A stretch of 34,887 nucleotides of DNA. Origin: a virus (lineage: Duplodnaviria > Caudoviricetes). The stretch covers positions 1 to 34,887 of the IMG/VR virus record IMGVR_UViG_3300049859_000037, one strand, 5' to 3'. Each line of letters opens with the position of its first letter. Within the stretch, counting starts at the first letter, position 1. The notes beneath the pieces were generated by a model that searched no databases, was not told where the DNA came from, and saw only the letters and a list, made by a program, of their open reading frames with translations. Of the stretch, positions 5,853 through 14,747 are shown piece by piece. The position numbers were made by a program, and so were the translations under genes.

Positions 5853-8441
5853 GTGACCGATTGGCGAACTCGCCTGTCCCGCGCCTTTGCACCTGTACCG
5901 CCCGCTGCGAAGGCCGTGACCGGCCCGGGCGTACTGGCGTATCAGAACGATCCAAGCCTCCGGTCCATCTCCGACGACCCGACCGAGCGGGCGGCGATGT
6001 TCCTCCGGGCCTACAAGGTGGGCTGGTTCTATAAGGCCGAGTCCAAGATCAGCGGCGACATCGCCAACCTCGGCGTATCGGTGGCCCACGAGGATGAGGG
6101 TGGCGAGAACGAAGCGACGGTCATCGAGCCTGACCTGTTCACGCCCTGGGAGCGGCTGGACCCGATCGGGCAGTTCCTGCGGCTCATGGAGCGACCGAAC
6201 CCGTACCAGACCGGACGCCAGCTGCGCCAGAAGACGATGATCCGCACCGATATGGCGGGCTGGACCCACTGGTATATGGAGGGGGCCGGACCCATCGGCT
6301 CCGGTGTCCTGCCGACGGGCATCTACGGCATCTCCCCGACGCGGCTGACGCCATCGTTCGACAAGACCAGCGGGACGCTGCTCGGCTGGGTCCTCGATGC
6401 CGACGGACGCGGCGGTGGCGTCCCATTCTCCAAGGATGAAATCCTGACTTTCGTCTACCCATCTGCCGATGACTCGTGGGCGGGCGTGGGCGTGGTGGAG
6501 CCGGTGTACGCGGAACTCCCGTTGGGTGCGCAGATCGCCAAGCACACGAGCGACCTCCTGTCCACGGGTGGGCGACTGGCCGGGATGCTCTGGCCCAAGG
6601 AACGGGCGCTCGATGAGGCCGAGTTCCTTGACGCCCAGCGTGCATGGCGGAACGTGTCCACCGATAGCAACGCGGCCAAGCGGCTACTCCTGTTCCCCGA
6701 GCCGATGGAGTACGCCGCTGGCGCATCCACCCCGGCTGAGATCGGCATCCCCGAACTGGCCGAACTGAACCGGGACAACATCCTGTCGGCGTTCCCCATC
6801 AGCCCGTACCAGTTGGGCGTTCCGATGCCCGGCGGCCTGAACAGCGCGGAGACACGGCGCGAAGACCGACGGGATTACTGGGAGTCCACCATCCACCCGC
6901 GCGTGGAACTGTTGGAAGAGACGATCCAGGTCGGGATGCTGGCGCTCTATGAGTCCGTCCTCGGGACCACATATGACTTTGACATCATGGAGCCGAACCT
7001 TGACGACGCCGTGTCGCTCATCGCCAAGGCGCAGGCGATGGCCGACCTCGTGGCGCAGGGGTTCACCGAGGAAAGTGCCATCAAGGCGCTCCAACTGGAC
7101 GGGCTGCAATGGGTCAAGCCCGCTCCCATGCCGATCCCGGTCATCACTACGCCCGAGGAACCGCTACCACCCGAGCCGGTCCCCGTCGTCAAGGCTGCCA
7201 TCAAGTCCGCGCCAGAGGATGCCCGCGACAAGGTGACCGAACCTGCCACCACCACCGCGCGCGGCCTCCTGGAGGCGTTCTTCGCGGCCCAGCGTGACCG
7301 CACGGCGGCCCGGATGCGCGAGACGCTGCCCGCATCGAAGGCCGAGCGGACCAAGGCGCAGCCGACCTGGTGGGATGCGGAGTTCGAAGACGAGGAACTG
7401 ACCAAGGTCATGCGCGGCATCTATGCCACCGTTGGCCGTGGTGCCTTGCAGGAAGTGGCCGACACGATCGGACGGTTCGTGTTCAAGGGCGCGACACAGA
7501 CCGTCATCGCTGACCTGTTGACGGTCGGCGGCGAGCGGGTCAAGGACATCAACGCCCGGACGCTGCAAGCGCTCACGGTCGAACTGGCCGAGGGGACACG
7601 GCGCGGCTACAGCATCCCGCAACTCATCGAGGGCGTGGCCTCTGAGGGCTACCACGGCGTGCTAGGCGTAACCCTGGACAACGGGACGCCAGCGTTCGGC
7701 GACCTTCGGGCGGAGACGATCGCCCGCACCGAGACGATGCTTTCCTACAACCGGGCCACCGTGACCGGCTATGGCGAGTTCGGCGTGACGCATCTTCTGG
7801 CATACGACGGAGACGACGACGAAGCGTGCGCCAACCGGAACGGCCAAGAGTTCACGATCGAAGAGGCATCCGGCATCGATGACCACCCCAACGGGACGCT
7901 CGTCTGGTCCCCGGTGGTGGACAAGGCATGGCACGAGCCGCAACCGGACCCGACCATCGTGGCCCTGCTTGAGACGGTCAAGGCGCTCATCGAGCGGCCC
8001 GCGCCGACCGCCCCGAACGTCTACATCACCAACCAGCCGCCGGACGTGAACGTGGCTGGGCCCGATGTCCACATCGCACCGCCTGCCGTGACCGTCGAAC
8101 CGGCTCAGGTGACCGTGGAGGGGGCGAACGTCCAGGTGGACGTCCACGTCCCCGAGACGCTACCGCCCATCGTCAACGTGGAACCGCCCCAGGTGGACAT
8201 CCACGTTCCGGAGAGCGCGGCGCCGGTGGTGAACGTCCATGTGCCAGAGGCACCCGAAGCCAAGGCGGCCATCATCCACGTGAACGTACCCGAAGCCAAG
8301 GCCCCGATCGTCAACAACTACGTCGAAGCCAAGGCGGCCCCGGCTGCCGTGGATGTCCACATCCTCTCCGAACCCAAGCGGACTCGGAAGGTCGTCAAGC
8401 GAGACGCGCAAGGGCGGATACAAGCCGTCGAAGAGGAGTAA
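5853..8441 (+). CDS. Portal protein fused to a MuF (SPP1 gp7-like) minor head domain and a Val/Pro-rich C-terminal repeat region
   Basis: HK97-type portal features (RPNPYQTG, ILSAFPISPYQLG) after TerL, MuF motifs RAETIARTE and C..RNG...HPNG, and VNVHVPE-like repeats. Confidence 0.88.
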   Translation: MTDWRTRLSRAFAPVPPAAKAVTGPGVLAYQNDPSLRSISDDPTERAAMFLRAYKVGWFYKAESKISGDIANLGVSVAHEDEGGENEATVIEPDLFTPWERLDPIGQFLRLMERPNPYQTGRQLRQKTMIRTDMAGWTHWYMEGAGPIGSGVLPTGIYGISPTRLTPSFDKTSGTLLGWVLDADGRGGGVPFSKDEILTFVYPSADDSWAGVGVVEPVYAELPLGAQIAKHTSDLLSTGGRLAGMLWPKERALDEAEFLDAQRAWRNVSTDSNAAKRLLLFPEPMEYAAGASTPAEIGIPELAELNRDNILSAFPISPYQLGVPMPGGLNSAETRREDRRDYWESTIHPRVELLEETIQVGMLALYESVLGTTYDFDIMEPNLDDAVSLIAKAQAMADLVAQGFTEESAIKALQLDGLQWVKPAPMPIPVITTPEEPLPPEPVPVVKAAIKSAPEDARDKVTEPATTTARGLLEAFFAAQRDRTAARMRETLPASKAERTKAQPTWWDAEFEDEELTKVMRGIYATVGRGALQEVADTIGRFVFKGATQTVIADLLTVGGERVKDINARTLQALTVELAEGTRRGYSIPQLIEGVASEGYHGVLGVTLDNGTPAFGDLRAETIARTETMLSYNRATVTGYGEFGVTHLLAYDGDDDEACANRNGQEFTIEEASGIDDHPNGTLVWSPVVDKAWHEPQPDPTIVALLETVKALIERPAPTAPNVYITNQPPDVNVAGPDVHIAPPAVTVEPAQVTVEGANVQVDVHVPETLPPIVNVEPPQVDIHVPESAAPVVNVHVPEAPEAKAAIIHVNVPEAKAPIVNNYVEAKAAPAAVDVHILSEPKRTRKVVKRDAQGRIQAVEEE

Positions 8442-8446
8442 CCAGA

Positions 8447-8857
8447 GTGACCAAGGGCAATACGTTTGAGAACGACGTCATCATCAAGACGTTCCAGGCG
8501 ACCGAGTACTCGTGGGACGCCAACACCGACCTGTATATCAGCCTCCACACCGGGGACCCCGGCGAGGCTGGCATCCAGACGACCTCAGAGTGCGCCTACG
8601 GTTCCTACGCTCGGCAGGCCGTCGCCCGGGATGCGACCGGCTGGGACGTGTCAGGCAACCAAGCACTCAATGATGACCTGATCCAGTTCCCGCAATGCAC
8701 GTCCGGGTCGGAAACGATCACCTACGTCGGCATCGGCACGACATTGGCGGCCGGTGGCGAGTTGCTCTATTCCGGGGCGCTGTCCGCATCGCTCGCCGTG
8801 TCATCGGGCATCCAGCCGCAGTTCGCAGCCAACGCCCTGACCATCACCGAGGACTGA
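8447..8857 (+). CDS. Virion structural protein (minor tail/fibre-associated family)
   Basis: LYISLHT.DPG......E..Y.SYARQ.V...I.FP pattern common in phage minor structural proteins. Confidence 0.7.
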   Translation: MTKGNTFENDVIIKTFQATEYSWDANTDLYISLHTGDPGEAGIQTTSECAYGSYARQAVARDATGWDVSGNQALNDDLIQFPQCTSGSETITYVGIGTTLAAGGELLYSGALSASLAVSSGIQPQFAANALTITED

Positions 8858-8858
8858 C

Positions 8859-8990
8859 GTGTACCGCTGTGCAGCGTGCAACGCGCCTGTGGTGGTCTTG
8901 CCGGGGCTGGTCGTCCGCAAGTGCGCCTGCAAGGCTCCGATCGTGGCCGAGATGAGCGCCAAGTGCGAGGGCCACGGTGGGATTCGCTAA
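8859..8990 (+). CDS. 43-aa Cys-rich (Zn-ribbon-like) microprotein
   Basis: MYRCAACNAPVVVLPGLVVRKCACKAPIVAEMSAKCEGHGGIR. GTG start after GAGGA; it fills the gap between neighbouring genes. Confidence 0.6.
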   Translation: MYRCAACNAPVVVLPGLVVRKCACKAPIVAEMSAKCEGHGGIR

Positions 8991-9846
8991 CGTCGGCGCG
9001 ATGGTCGATGCTGAACTGGCGGGCAAGGGCTCGATCGTCAGCTTCCGCAAGGTGCCCGCCGTCGTGACGGTCGCAGGTGCCTGGTACGACTACAGCATGG
9101 CTCCGGGTACGCCGACACCGCAGTACTACGCGGCTGCGCCATTGACGGCGCAGACCCTCACCCGCTCGGCGGATGGTGGTATCCAGCACGGCGGGAACGT
9201 CAGTCCATCGACCAAGTACCTGCGGACGATGATGGTCCTGTCTGTTACTGCCGGCGCGGTCCCCCAGCACTTCGCGGTCCTGGACTACCTCCTGTTCTAT
9301 CCGTTCGTGGACATGGGCACGCCGGATCAGCAGGACATGACGAACGTCCAGACGTTGACCCGTTACACCGACGGGGATGGCGTCCAGATGATGGCGGTCC
9401 TCGTGGCTCCGCATGGACTCATCGGCGACACGTTCTTCGTCACCTACACGAACAGCGACGGGGTCGCCGGTCGGGTTACGCCGCTACACACGATGACCAC
9501 CGCCGTCGCGGTCAACGGGACGATCCTGACGACGCAGACATCCGGCGCATCGCGTACCGGGCCATTCATGTGCCTACAGGCCGGGGATACCGGCGTCCGC
9601 TCCGTCGAAGCCGTGCAATGCACGGCTGGCACCGACGTCGGCCTGTTCACGCTGGTCCTCGTCAAGCCGCTCGGCAATCTCGCCTTGCGCGGTATCGACG
9701 CCCCAACCGAAGTGGACTTCTTCCTGGACAAGGGCGGACGGATGCCGGCCATCGAAGACGACGCTTACCTAAATCTCATCTCGCATCCGAACGGGTCGCT
9801 ATCAGCAGCCGCGCTGACGGGCATCGCCAAGTTCGTCTGGACATAA
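8977..9846 (+). CDS. Hypothetical beta-rich structural protein (paralogue A)
   Basis: Thr/Gly/Ala-rich and shares several blocks with the next ORF. Confidence 0.75.
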   Translation: MGFANVGAMVDAELAGKGSIVSFRKVPAVVTVAGAWYDYSMAPGTPTPQYYAAAPLTAQTLTRSADGGIQHGGNVSPSTKYLRTMMVLSVTAGAVPQHFAVLDYLLFYPFVDMGTPDQQDMTNVQTLTRYTDGDGVQMMAVLVAPHGLIGDTFFVTYTNSDGVAGRVTPLHTMTTAVAVNGTILTTQTSGASRTGPFMCLQAGDTGVRSVEAVQCTAGTDVGLFTLVLVKPLGNLALRGIDAPTEVDFFLDKGGRMPAIEDDAYLNLISHPNGSLSAAALTGIAKFVWT

Positions 9847-9855
9847 GGAGGCATC

Positions 9856-10986
9856 GTGCCCGGTTTCTCAAGCATGGACGACCTGATCAACGAAGTGACG
9901 GTCAATGGCAAGTTCAAGCGAACGGACTGGAACAAGGCGACCCACGCGACCGGCAACCAGGCGGCCGGTCTGTGGTACGCCCTCGCCCATGCGCTTGGCA
10001 ATCCGACGGCATGGGTTCCGGGCGTGGTCGGCACGAACCTCGCATGGCATGGCCTGTCGGATCGTTCGACCGGGGCCATCCCGCACGGCGGCGATGTGTC
10101 CACCGATACCAAGCACATCCTGAACGCCTCCATCCTTGGAGCCGGTGTCGCGCCGTCCGTCTGGATGCTCGTGGATATGCTCGGCTGGTATCCGGTATCG
10201 ACCGTGACCACGACCGGCGATCAGGCGCTCGTCAACTCGTCGACGTTCACGGCTACGGCAGCGAGTCCGACCGTGCTGACCGTTTCGGGCTGGGACATCC
10301 AGGAGGGGACCTGCGTCCGGCTCACGACGACGACCACGCTGCCTGCGGGATTGTCGCTCGCCACCAACTACTTCTGGCATCGCACCGCCGCGACGACCGG
10401 CAACCTCTCGACGAGCCGCGCCAACCTTGAGGCGGCGACCTACGTCAACGCTTCCGACACGGGCACCGGCACGCATACGGCCACGATGTATCTTGACCGC
10501 TACGGGACGGGTGAGGGCGTGCAGGCGTTCATCACGCCCTCGACCGCGCATAGCACGGGCACGCCGAACATCCGGCTGACCTACACCGACGCGGCGGGCA
10601 ACGCGGGCAACCTGACCCCGACGACGCTGCCGATCAGCAACGCCTCGGCCCCCATCGGCCAGATCGAGTACAGCGGCACCGCCGCCGGCAAGTACGGTCC
10701 GTTCATGCCGTTAGCGGCAGCGGATACGGGCATCCGGTCAGTCCAACAGTTCAACTACTCGGTCACCCACGGAGCGGGTGGGGTCGCGAACCTCGTGCTT
10801 TGCAAGCCGCTCCTGTACCTGCCCATCACGACGGCATCGGTGGCTTCGGAGCGCGACCTCGTCAACCAGCTCCCGTCGCTCCCGAGGGTCATGGACGGCG
10901 CGTACCTGAACTGGATCATGATGGCCGGTGGAACCACCGTCGCGTCCAGCCAGTTCTACGGTCACCTGGACTTCGGCTGGGGCTGA
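9856..10986 (+). CDS. Hypothetical beta-rich structural protein (paralogue B, with internal inserted domain)
   Basis: SD AAGGAGG, very Thr-rich, and homologous blocks shared with 8977-9846. Confidence 0.78.
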   Translation: MPGFSSMDDLINEVTVNGKFKRTDWNKATHATGNQAAGLWYALAHALGNPTAWVPGVVGTNLAWHGLSDRSTGAIPHGGDVSTDTKHILNASILGAGVAPSVWMLVDMLGWYPVSTVTTTGDQALVNSSTFTATAASPTVLTVSGWDIQEGTCVRLTTTTTLPAGLSLATNYFWHRTAATTGNLSTSRANLEAATYVNASDTGTGTHTATMYLDRYGTGEGVQAFITPSTAHSTGTPNIRLTYTDAAGNAGNLTPTTLPISNASAPIGQIEYSGTAAGKYGPFMPLAAADTGIRSVQQFNYSVTHGAGGVANLVLCKPLLYLPITTASVASERDLVNQLPSLPRVMDGAYLNWIMMAGGTTVASSQFYGHLDFGWG

Positions 10987-11843
10987 TGGCGCTGATCGGC
11001 AATACCTCGCGACTGTACGCGCTGCCGATACGGTACTTCGGCGGCACGACCGGGCAAGGCTTCGACCGGACTGGCCGCGACCAGTCCGGTATGACGCGCG
11101 GGCGGTTCTCGTCCCTGACGTGGGACGAGATAAGCGGTTCCGCTCCCGATGGCTACCGCCCGCCATACACATGGGTAATCTCGCAGAAGGATGGCGGGCT
11201 GGCCGCTCGTAACGTCCTGACCGGAACGGGTTCCTTCACCGCATCCGGGGCGATGGGCAAGAATGCCGTGGCCGCGTTGACCGGGTCCGGCTCCGTGGCG
11301 GCGACCGGCGCGTTGATCGTGCAGGCCATCGCGGCGCTCACCGGGTCGGGCAGCGTCACGACGGCCAACTTGTTGGCACTGCTGAACGCCTCGGCGAGCC
11401 TCACCGGCTCCGGGTCGTTGACCCTGACGATGGCGGCACTCGGACACGCGGTCGCCGCGTTGACCGGCGTTGGCTCCCTGTCGCTGACACCCTACGCGGT
11501 CGGTCACATGGAAGCCGACCTCACACCGTTCACGGAACTCTCGCCCCAGAGCCTTGCGACCGCCGTATGGTCGGCCGTCGCCGCCGACAACAACGATGTC
11601 GGGTCGATGGGTGAGAAGCTCAACGACGCTGGGTCCGGCGTGAACCCGTGGACGGAGGTCATCGAGGGCAGCTACACCGCGGCCGAGCTGCTCCGCATCA
11701 TCGCCGCCGCCCTGGCTGGTGAGCTGTCCGGCGCGGCGACCACGACCATCACCATCCTCGGCGTCGATGGCGCGACCGACCGCATCGTCGCGACCGTCAC
11801 GGCCGACGGCGACCGCACGGCGGTCACGCTGGACGGCGCGTAG
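10986..11843 (+). CDS. Fibre-like protein with A.LTGSGS repeats
   Basis: Five LTG.GS repeats at about 20-aa period. ATG 10986 overlaps the previous stop. Confidence 0.72.
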   Translation: MALIGNTSRLYALPIRYFGGTTGQGFDRTGRDQSGMTRGRFSSLTWDEISGSAPDGYRPPYTWVISQKDGGLAARNVLTGTGSFTASGAMGKNAVAALTGSGSVAATGALIVQAIAALTGSGSVTTANLLALLNASASLTGSGSLTLTMAALGHAVAALTGVGSLSLTPYAVGHMEADLTPFTELSPQSLATAVWSAVAADNNDVGSMGEKLNDAGSGVNPWTEVIEGSYTAAELLRIIAAALAGELSGAATTTITILGVDGATDRIVATVTADGDRTAVTLDGA

Positions 11844-12014
11844 ATGTTCGCGCGGCGGATGTTCCCCGGCCGCTACTTCGCACCGACGTACTTCCCGCCC
11901 GTCGTGGGCGAGGACTCCGTACCGACCGGGCACGCCCCTCGGGGACCCGTGTTCATCGCTCGGCCCTTCGACTTCCTGATGGACGACGAAGAGTACTGGC
12001 TCGTCTTCGACTAG
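11844..12014 (+). CDS. 56-aa hypothetical protein (aromatic N-terminus, acidic C-terminus)
   Basis: MFARRMFPGRYFAPTYFPP...DDEEYWLVFD, abutting both neighbouring genes. Confidence 0.6.
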   Translation: MFARRMFPGRYFAPTYFPPVVGEDSVPTGHAPRGPVFIARPFDFLMDDEEYWLVFD

Positions 12015-12022
12015 AGGCGCAT

Positions 12023-12619
12023 ATGGAACACCTGAAAGCCGAGCAACTGACAAGCGTCAAGTGGCGCGTTCTCGCGATCCCGTTCGGGGGTCCGTTCAAG
12101 GGCGGGAAAGACCTCGATGGCGAGTACTTTTCTCCCCGGACCGACATCAAGGCCGACTGGTTCCCGACCCGGCCCGTCCTCTGGCACCACGGCGGGGACC
12201 AAGCCGTCAAGGATGCGATCCTCGGGACCGAGGACGAACTGGTCAAGGAAGACGACGGCTGGTGGGGGACGATGTGGCTCGACCGATCGGCTCGCTATTG
12301 GGCGCAAGTCTCCGCGCTGCTCGCCGCCGGGAAGGTCTATGGCTCATCCGGCGCGCTGGGACATCTCGTGCAGAAGGCCAAGGATGGGGAAATCCTGACC
12401 TGGCCGCACATCGAACAGACACTCACGCCGACCCCGGCGAACATCTTTGCTCGTGTCATCCCCGCGAAGGCGGCGGCTGACTTCACATCATCCGGTATCA
12501 GTCTGGGGACTGACCTGGAGACGTACCTGTCGTCAAAGGACGGCGGCGAGACTCCGGCGATGGCTCGGCTGACGGAAGCACTCACCAACCTGGAACACCT
12601 ACTCCGCGATGCTCGCTAG
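12023..12619 (+). CDS. Prohead (capsid maturation) protease, HK97-like
   Basis: DLDGEYF, PVLWHHG, SSGA and E.TLTPTPAN motifs, directly before the capsid gene. Confidence 0.85.
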   Translation: MEHLKAEQLTSVKWRVLAIPFGGPFKGGKDLDGEYFSPRTDIKADWFPTRPVLWHHGGDQAVKDAILGTEDELVKEDDGWWGTMWLDRSARYWAQVSALLAAGKVYGSSGALGHLVQKAKDGEILTWPHIEQTLTPTPANIFARVIPAKAAADFTSSGISLGTDLETYLSSKDGGETPAMARLTEALTNLEHLLRDAR

Positions 12620-12643
12620 CGGCTTCCACGAAAGGGAAGCCCG

Positions 12644-13933
12644 ATGACTCAGGAACTCGACCAGAGGGTCGAAGCCCTCACCAAGTCCATCACGGACCTC
12701 GCGCTGGAGATGCGCGACAAGTCCGACATCCCGCTGGACCGCATCACCGCCATCGAGTCGGAGATCGCGTCCAAGTCGGCCCAGATCGACGCCATCATCG
12801 AGCAGAAGCGCGCCGATGACGTGGATCGCCAGCTGGCGGAACTGGACGAACGCGTCAAGGCGTTCAGCCGTTCCACGGCCCAGGGCAAGGCAGCGGCCAT
12901 CCTCGCGGGCGCGGCTGCCAACGCGGGCAGTCCGTCGCTCAAGAGCGTCGGGCGATACGACGAAGTCAACTTCCTCTCGGCCCTCGTCAATCGACGGGCG
13001 GGCGACACCGACGCACAGGAGTTCGTCAAGAGCGTCCTCGGTACGTCCGTGGCGACCGGCCTCGCGGTCGTGCCGAACAACTTCGTCAGCGGCCTCGTGT
13101 CGCAGATCGCCGCGAACAACATCTACCGTGACCTGTTCAACGTGAACAGCGGGGTCAGCGGCGCTGGCGTCGATATCCCGTACGAGATCACGGGCATCAC
13201 GGCGGCGCTGTTGCAGGGCGCGTACGGTTCGAACAAGGACGTTCGGGATTTCTCGTTCGCCCGCGCGACCGCGACGCTCTACACCATCGCCCAGATCGCC
13301 GACGTCGGCAACCAGCTGCTCCGACAGTCGAACGGCTCCGCAGAGGCCGCCGCACGGCGACGCCTCGGGAAGTCGATCGGCATCCTGGAAGCGACGTACA
13401 TCACCAACGGCTCGGGTTCGTCCCAGCCGCTGGGCTTCTTCCAAGCCTTCCTCGCCTACGGCGATCCGGCGGCCTTCAAGACCACGCTGACTTCGGAGCC
13501 TCGGCTTGCGGCCATCGGTCGCGGCATCGCGGCGCTGGAGACGCGCGGTATCCCGCGTGACAACCTCGTGATCGTGATGAGCCCGACGGACTTCTGGGAA
13601 ACCGCCGTCGAGGGTCTGGGCACCACCTACGCGGGTGGTTGGGCCGTCGATCCGGCTGGTGGCGCGGCTGCCAATCCGCCCATCACGTCCGCGTGGGGCG
13701 TTCCGCTCAAGAGCGACCCGAACTGGCCTTCGGCCAGCGTCGGTACGGCGCTCATCATCGAGACGTCCGACGTCGAAATCTTCACGGGTCAGGAATACCG
13801 GATCGATGTCTCGTCCGAGGCGGGCAACCGCTTCGATCAGAACATCACGGGCTTCCGGGCAGAGGAAGAGTTCGCCTTCAATGCCGAGCCGTACGTTCGC
13901 ACGGGTCGGGTCCAGAAGGTTCTCGGACTCTAA
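12644..13933 (+). CDS. Major capsid protein, HK97 fold with N-terminal coiled-coil scaffold (delta) domain
   Basis: Coiled-coil first 80 aa, then G..VP, ITNGSGSSQPLG, WGVP and FDQNITGFRAEEE motifs. Confidence 0.93.
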   Translation: MTQELDQRVEALTKSITDLALEMRDKSDIPLDRITAIESEIASKSAQIDAIIEQKRADDVDRQLAELDERVKAFSRSTAQGKAAAILAGAAANAGSPSLKSVGRYDEVNFLSALVNRRAGDTDAQEFVKSVLGTSVATGLAVVPNNFVSGLVSQIAANNIYRDLFNVNSGVSGAGVDIPYEITGITAALLQGAYGSNKDVRDFSFARATATLYTIAQIADVGNQLLRQSNGSAEAAARRRLGKSIGILEATYITNGSGSSQPLGFFQAFLAYGDPAAFKTTLTSEPRLAAIGRGIAALETRGIPRDNLVIVMSPTDFWETAVEGLGTTYAGGWAVDPAGGAAANPPITSAWGVPLKSDPNWPSASVGTALIIETSDVEIFTGQEYRIDVSSEAGNRFDQNITGFRAEEEFAFNAEPYVRTGRVQKVLGL

Positions 13934-13971
13934 GACGGCACGGGGAGCGCCACAAGCTCCCCAACCATACG

Positions 13972-14005
13972 AGCCGGGCAGGAGTGCGAGCACCTGCCCG
14001 GCTTT
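13972..14005 (+). terminator. Hairpin/terminator after the capsid gene
   Basis: 11-bp stem AGCCGGGCAGG (13972-13982) / CCTGCCCGGCT (13993-14003), followed by a short T run. Confidence 0.55.
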
Positions 14006-14042
14006 CCCCTGCCCGCTCGCACCATAGGAGGGCTCGCACCCT

Positions 14043-14747
14043 ATGTTCCTTGACTCCATCGAAGTGCAGACCCCACGTGGGGTCACGGTCACCATGCGAT
14101 ACCGGGACTCGGCCCAGAAGACGACGGACCTGTCCACGATCGGCTCCATCTTCGATATGTGGGGCGCACACAATGACGAGTACGGGCTGGAGCATCTGTA
14201 TCCGGCGACGTTCCTCGATATCGGCGGCCACATCGGGACCGTGACCGTCGCTGTCCTGGTGGACAACCCGGCCTGTCGAGCGGTCATCATCGAGCCGTTC
14301 GCGGAGAATATCGAGGTCATCCGCGCCAACCTGGACTCGGCTGGCGTCACCGACCGGGCGACGGTCATCCACGGAGCCATCGGGACCGGCTCCGAGCAGC
14401 GGATCGGCTACACGCTCGCACGCATCGAGAACGCCGACGATATCCACCGCTTCGTGGGTTCCCCGGTGGCCGACGACTACGCGGGCGAGAGCATCGTCAG
14501 CGCGGTCTACCCGCTGGCCGACCTCATCGACCTCTTGGGCGACACGGTAGACCTCGGCAAGATCGACTGCGAGGGCTGCGAGTGGGTAGCCCTGGCCGAT
14601 CCCGCCGCGTCACGGGTGACCCGCTGGAAGGGCGAGTACCACGGCGGCGATCCGAAGCGGCTGCGGAAGCTGCTCCCGAAACACACCGTCACCTATGAGC
14701 CGCATGACCACGGCGCGACGGGCCTCTTTGAGGCAGCGCGACGATGA
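14043..14747 (+). CDS. FkbM-family SAM-dependent methyltransferase
   Basis: FLDIGGHIG, IEP...N and KIDCEGCE are FkbM/Methyltransf_21 motifs. Confidence 0.9.
   Translation: MFLDSIEVQTPRGVTVTMRYRDSAQKTTDLSTIGSIFDMWGAHNDEYGLEHLYPATFLDIGGHIGTVTVAVLVDNPACRAVIIEPFAENIEVIRANLDSAGVTDRATVIHGAIGTGSEQRIGYTLARIENADDIHRFVGSPVADDYAGESIVSAVYPLADLIDLLGDTVDLGKIDCEGCEWVALADPAASRVTRWKGEYHGGDPKRLRKLLPKHTVTYEPHDHGATGLFEAARR

Noticed and set aside
12599-14380. 593-aa minus-strand ORF and other long antisense ORFs (e.g. 2264-3439, 10962-12053, 23075-24322, 28197-29204)
   Set aside because: These are shadows of GC3-biased plus-strand genes, with no recognisable motifs.
14043-14747. DNA methyltransferase (anti-restriction)
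   Set aside because: It lacks DPPY/NPPY or PC motifs, and KIDCEG marks the FkbM family.
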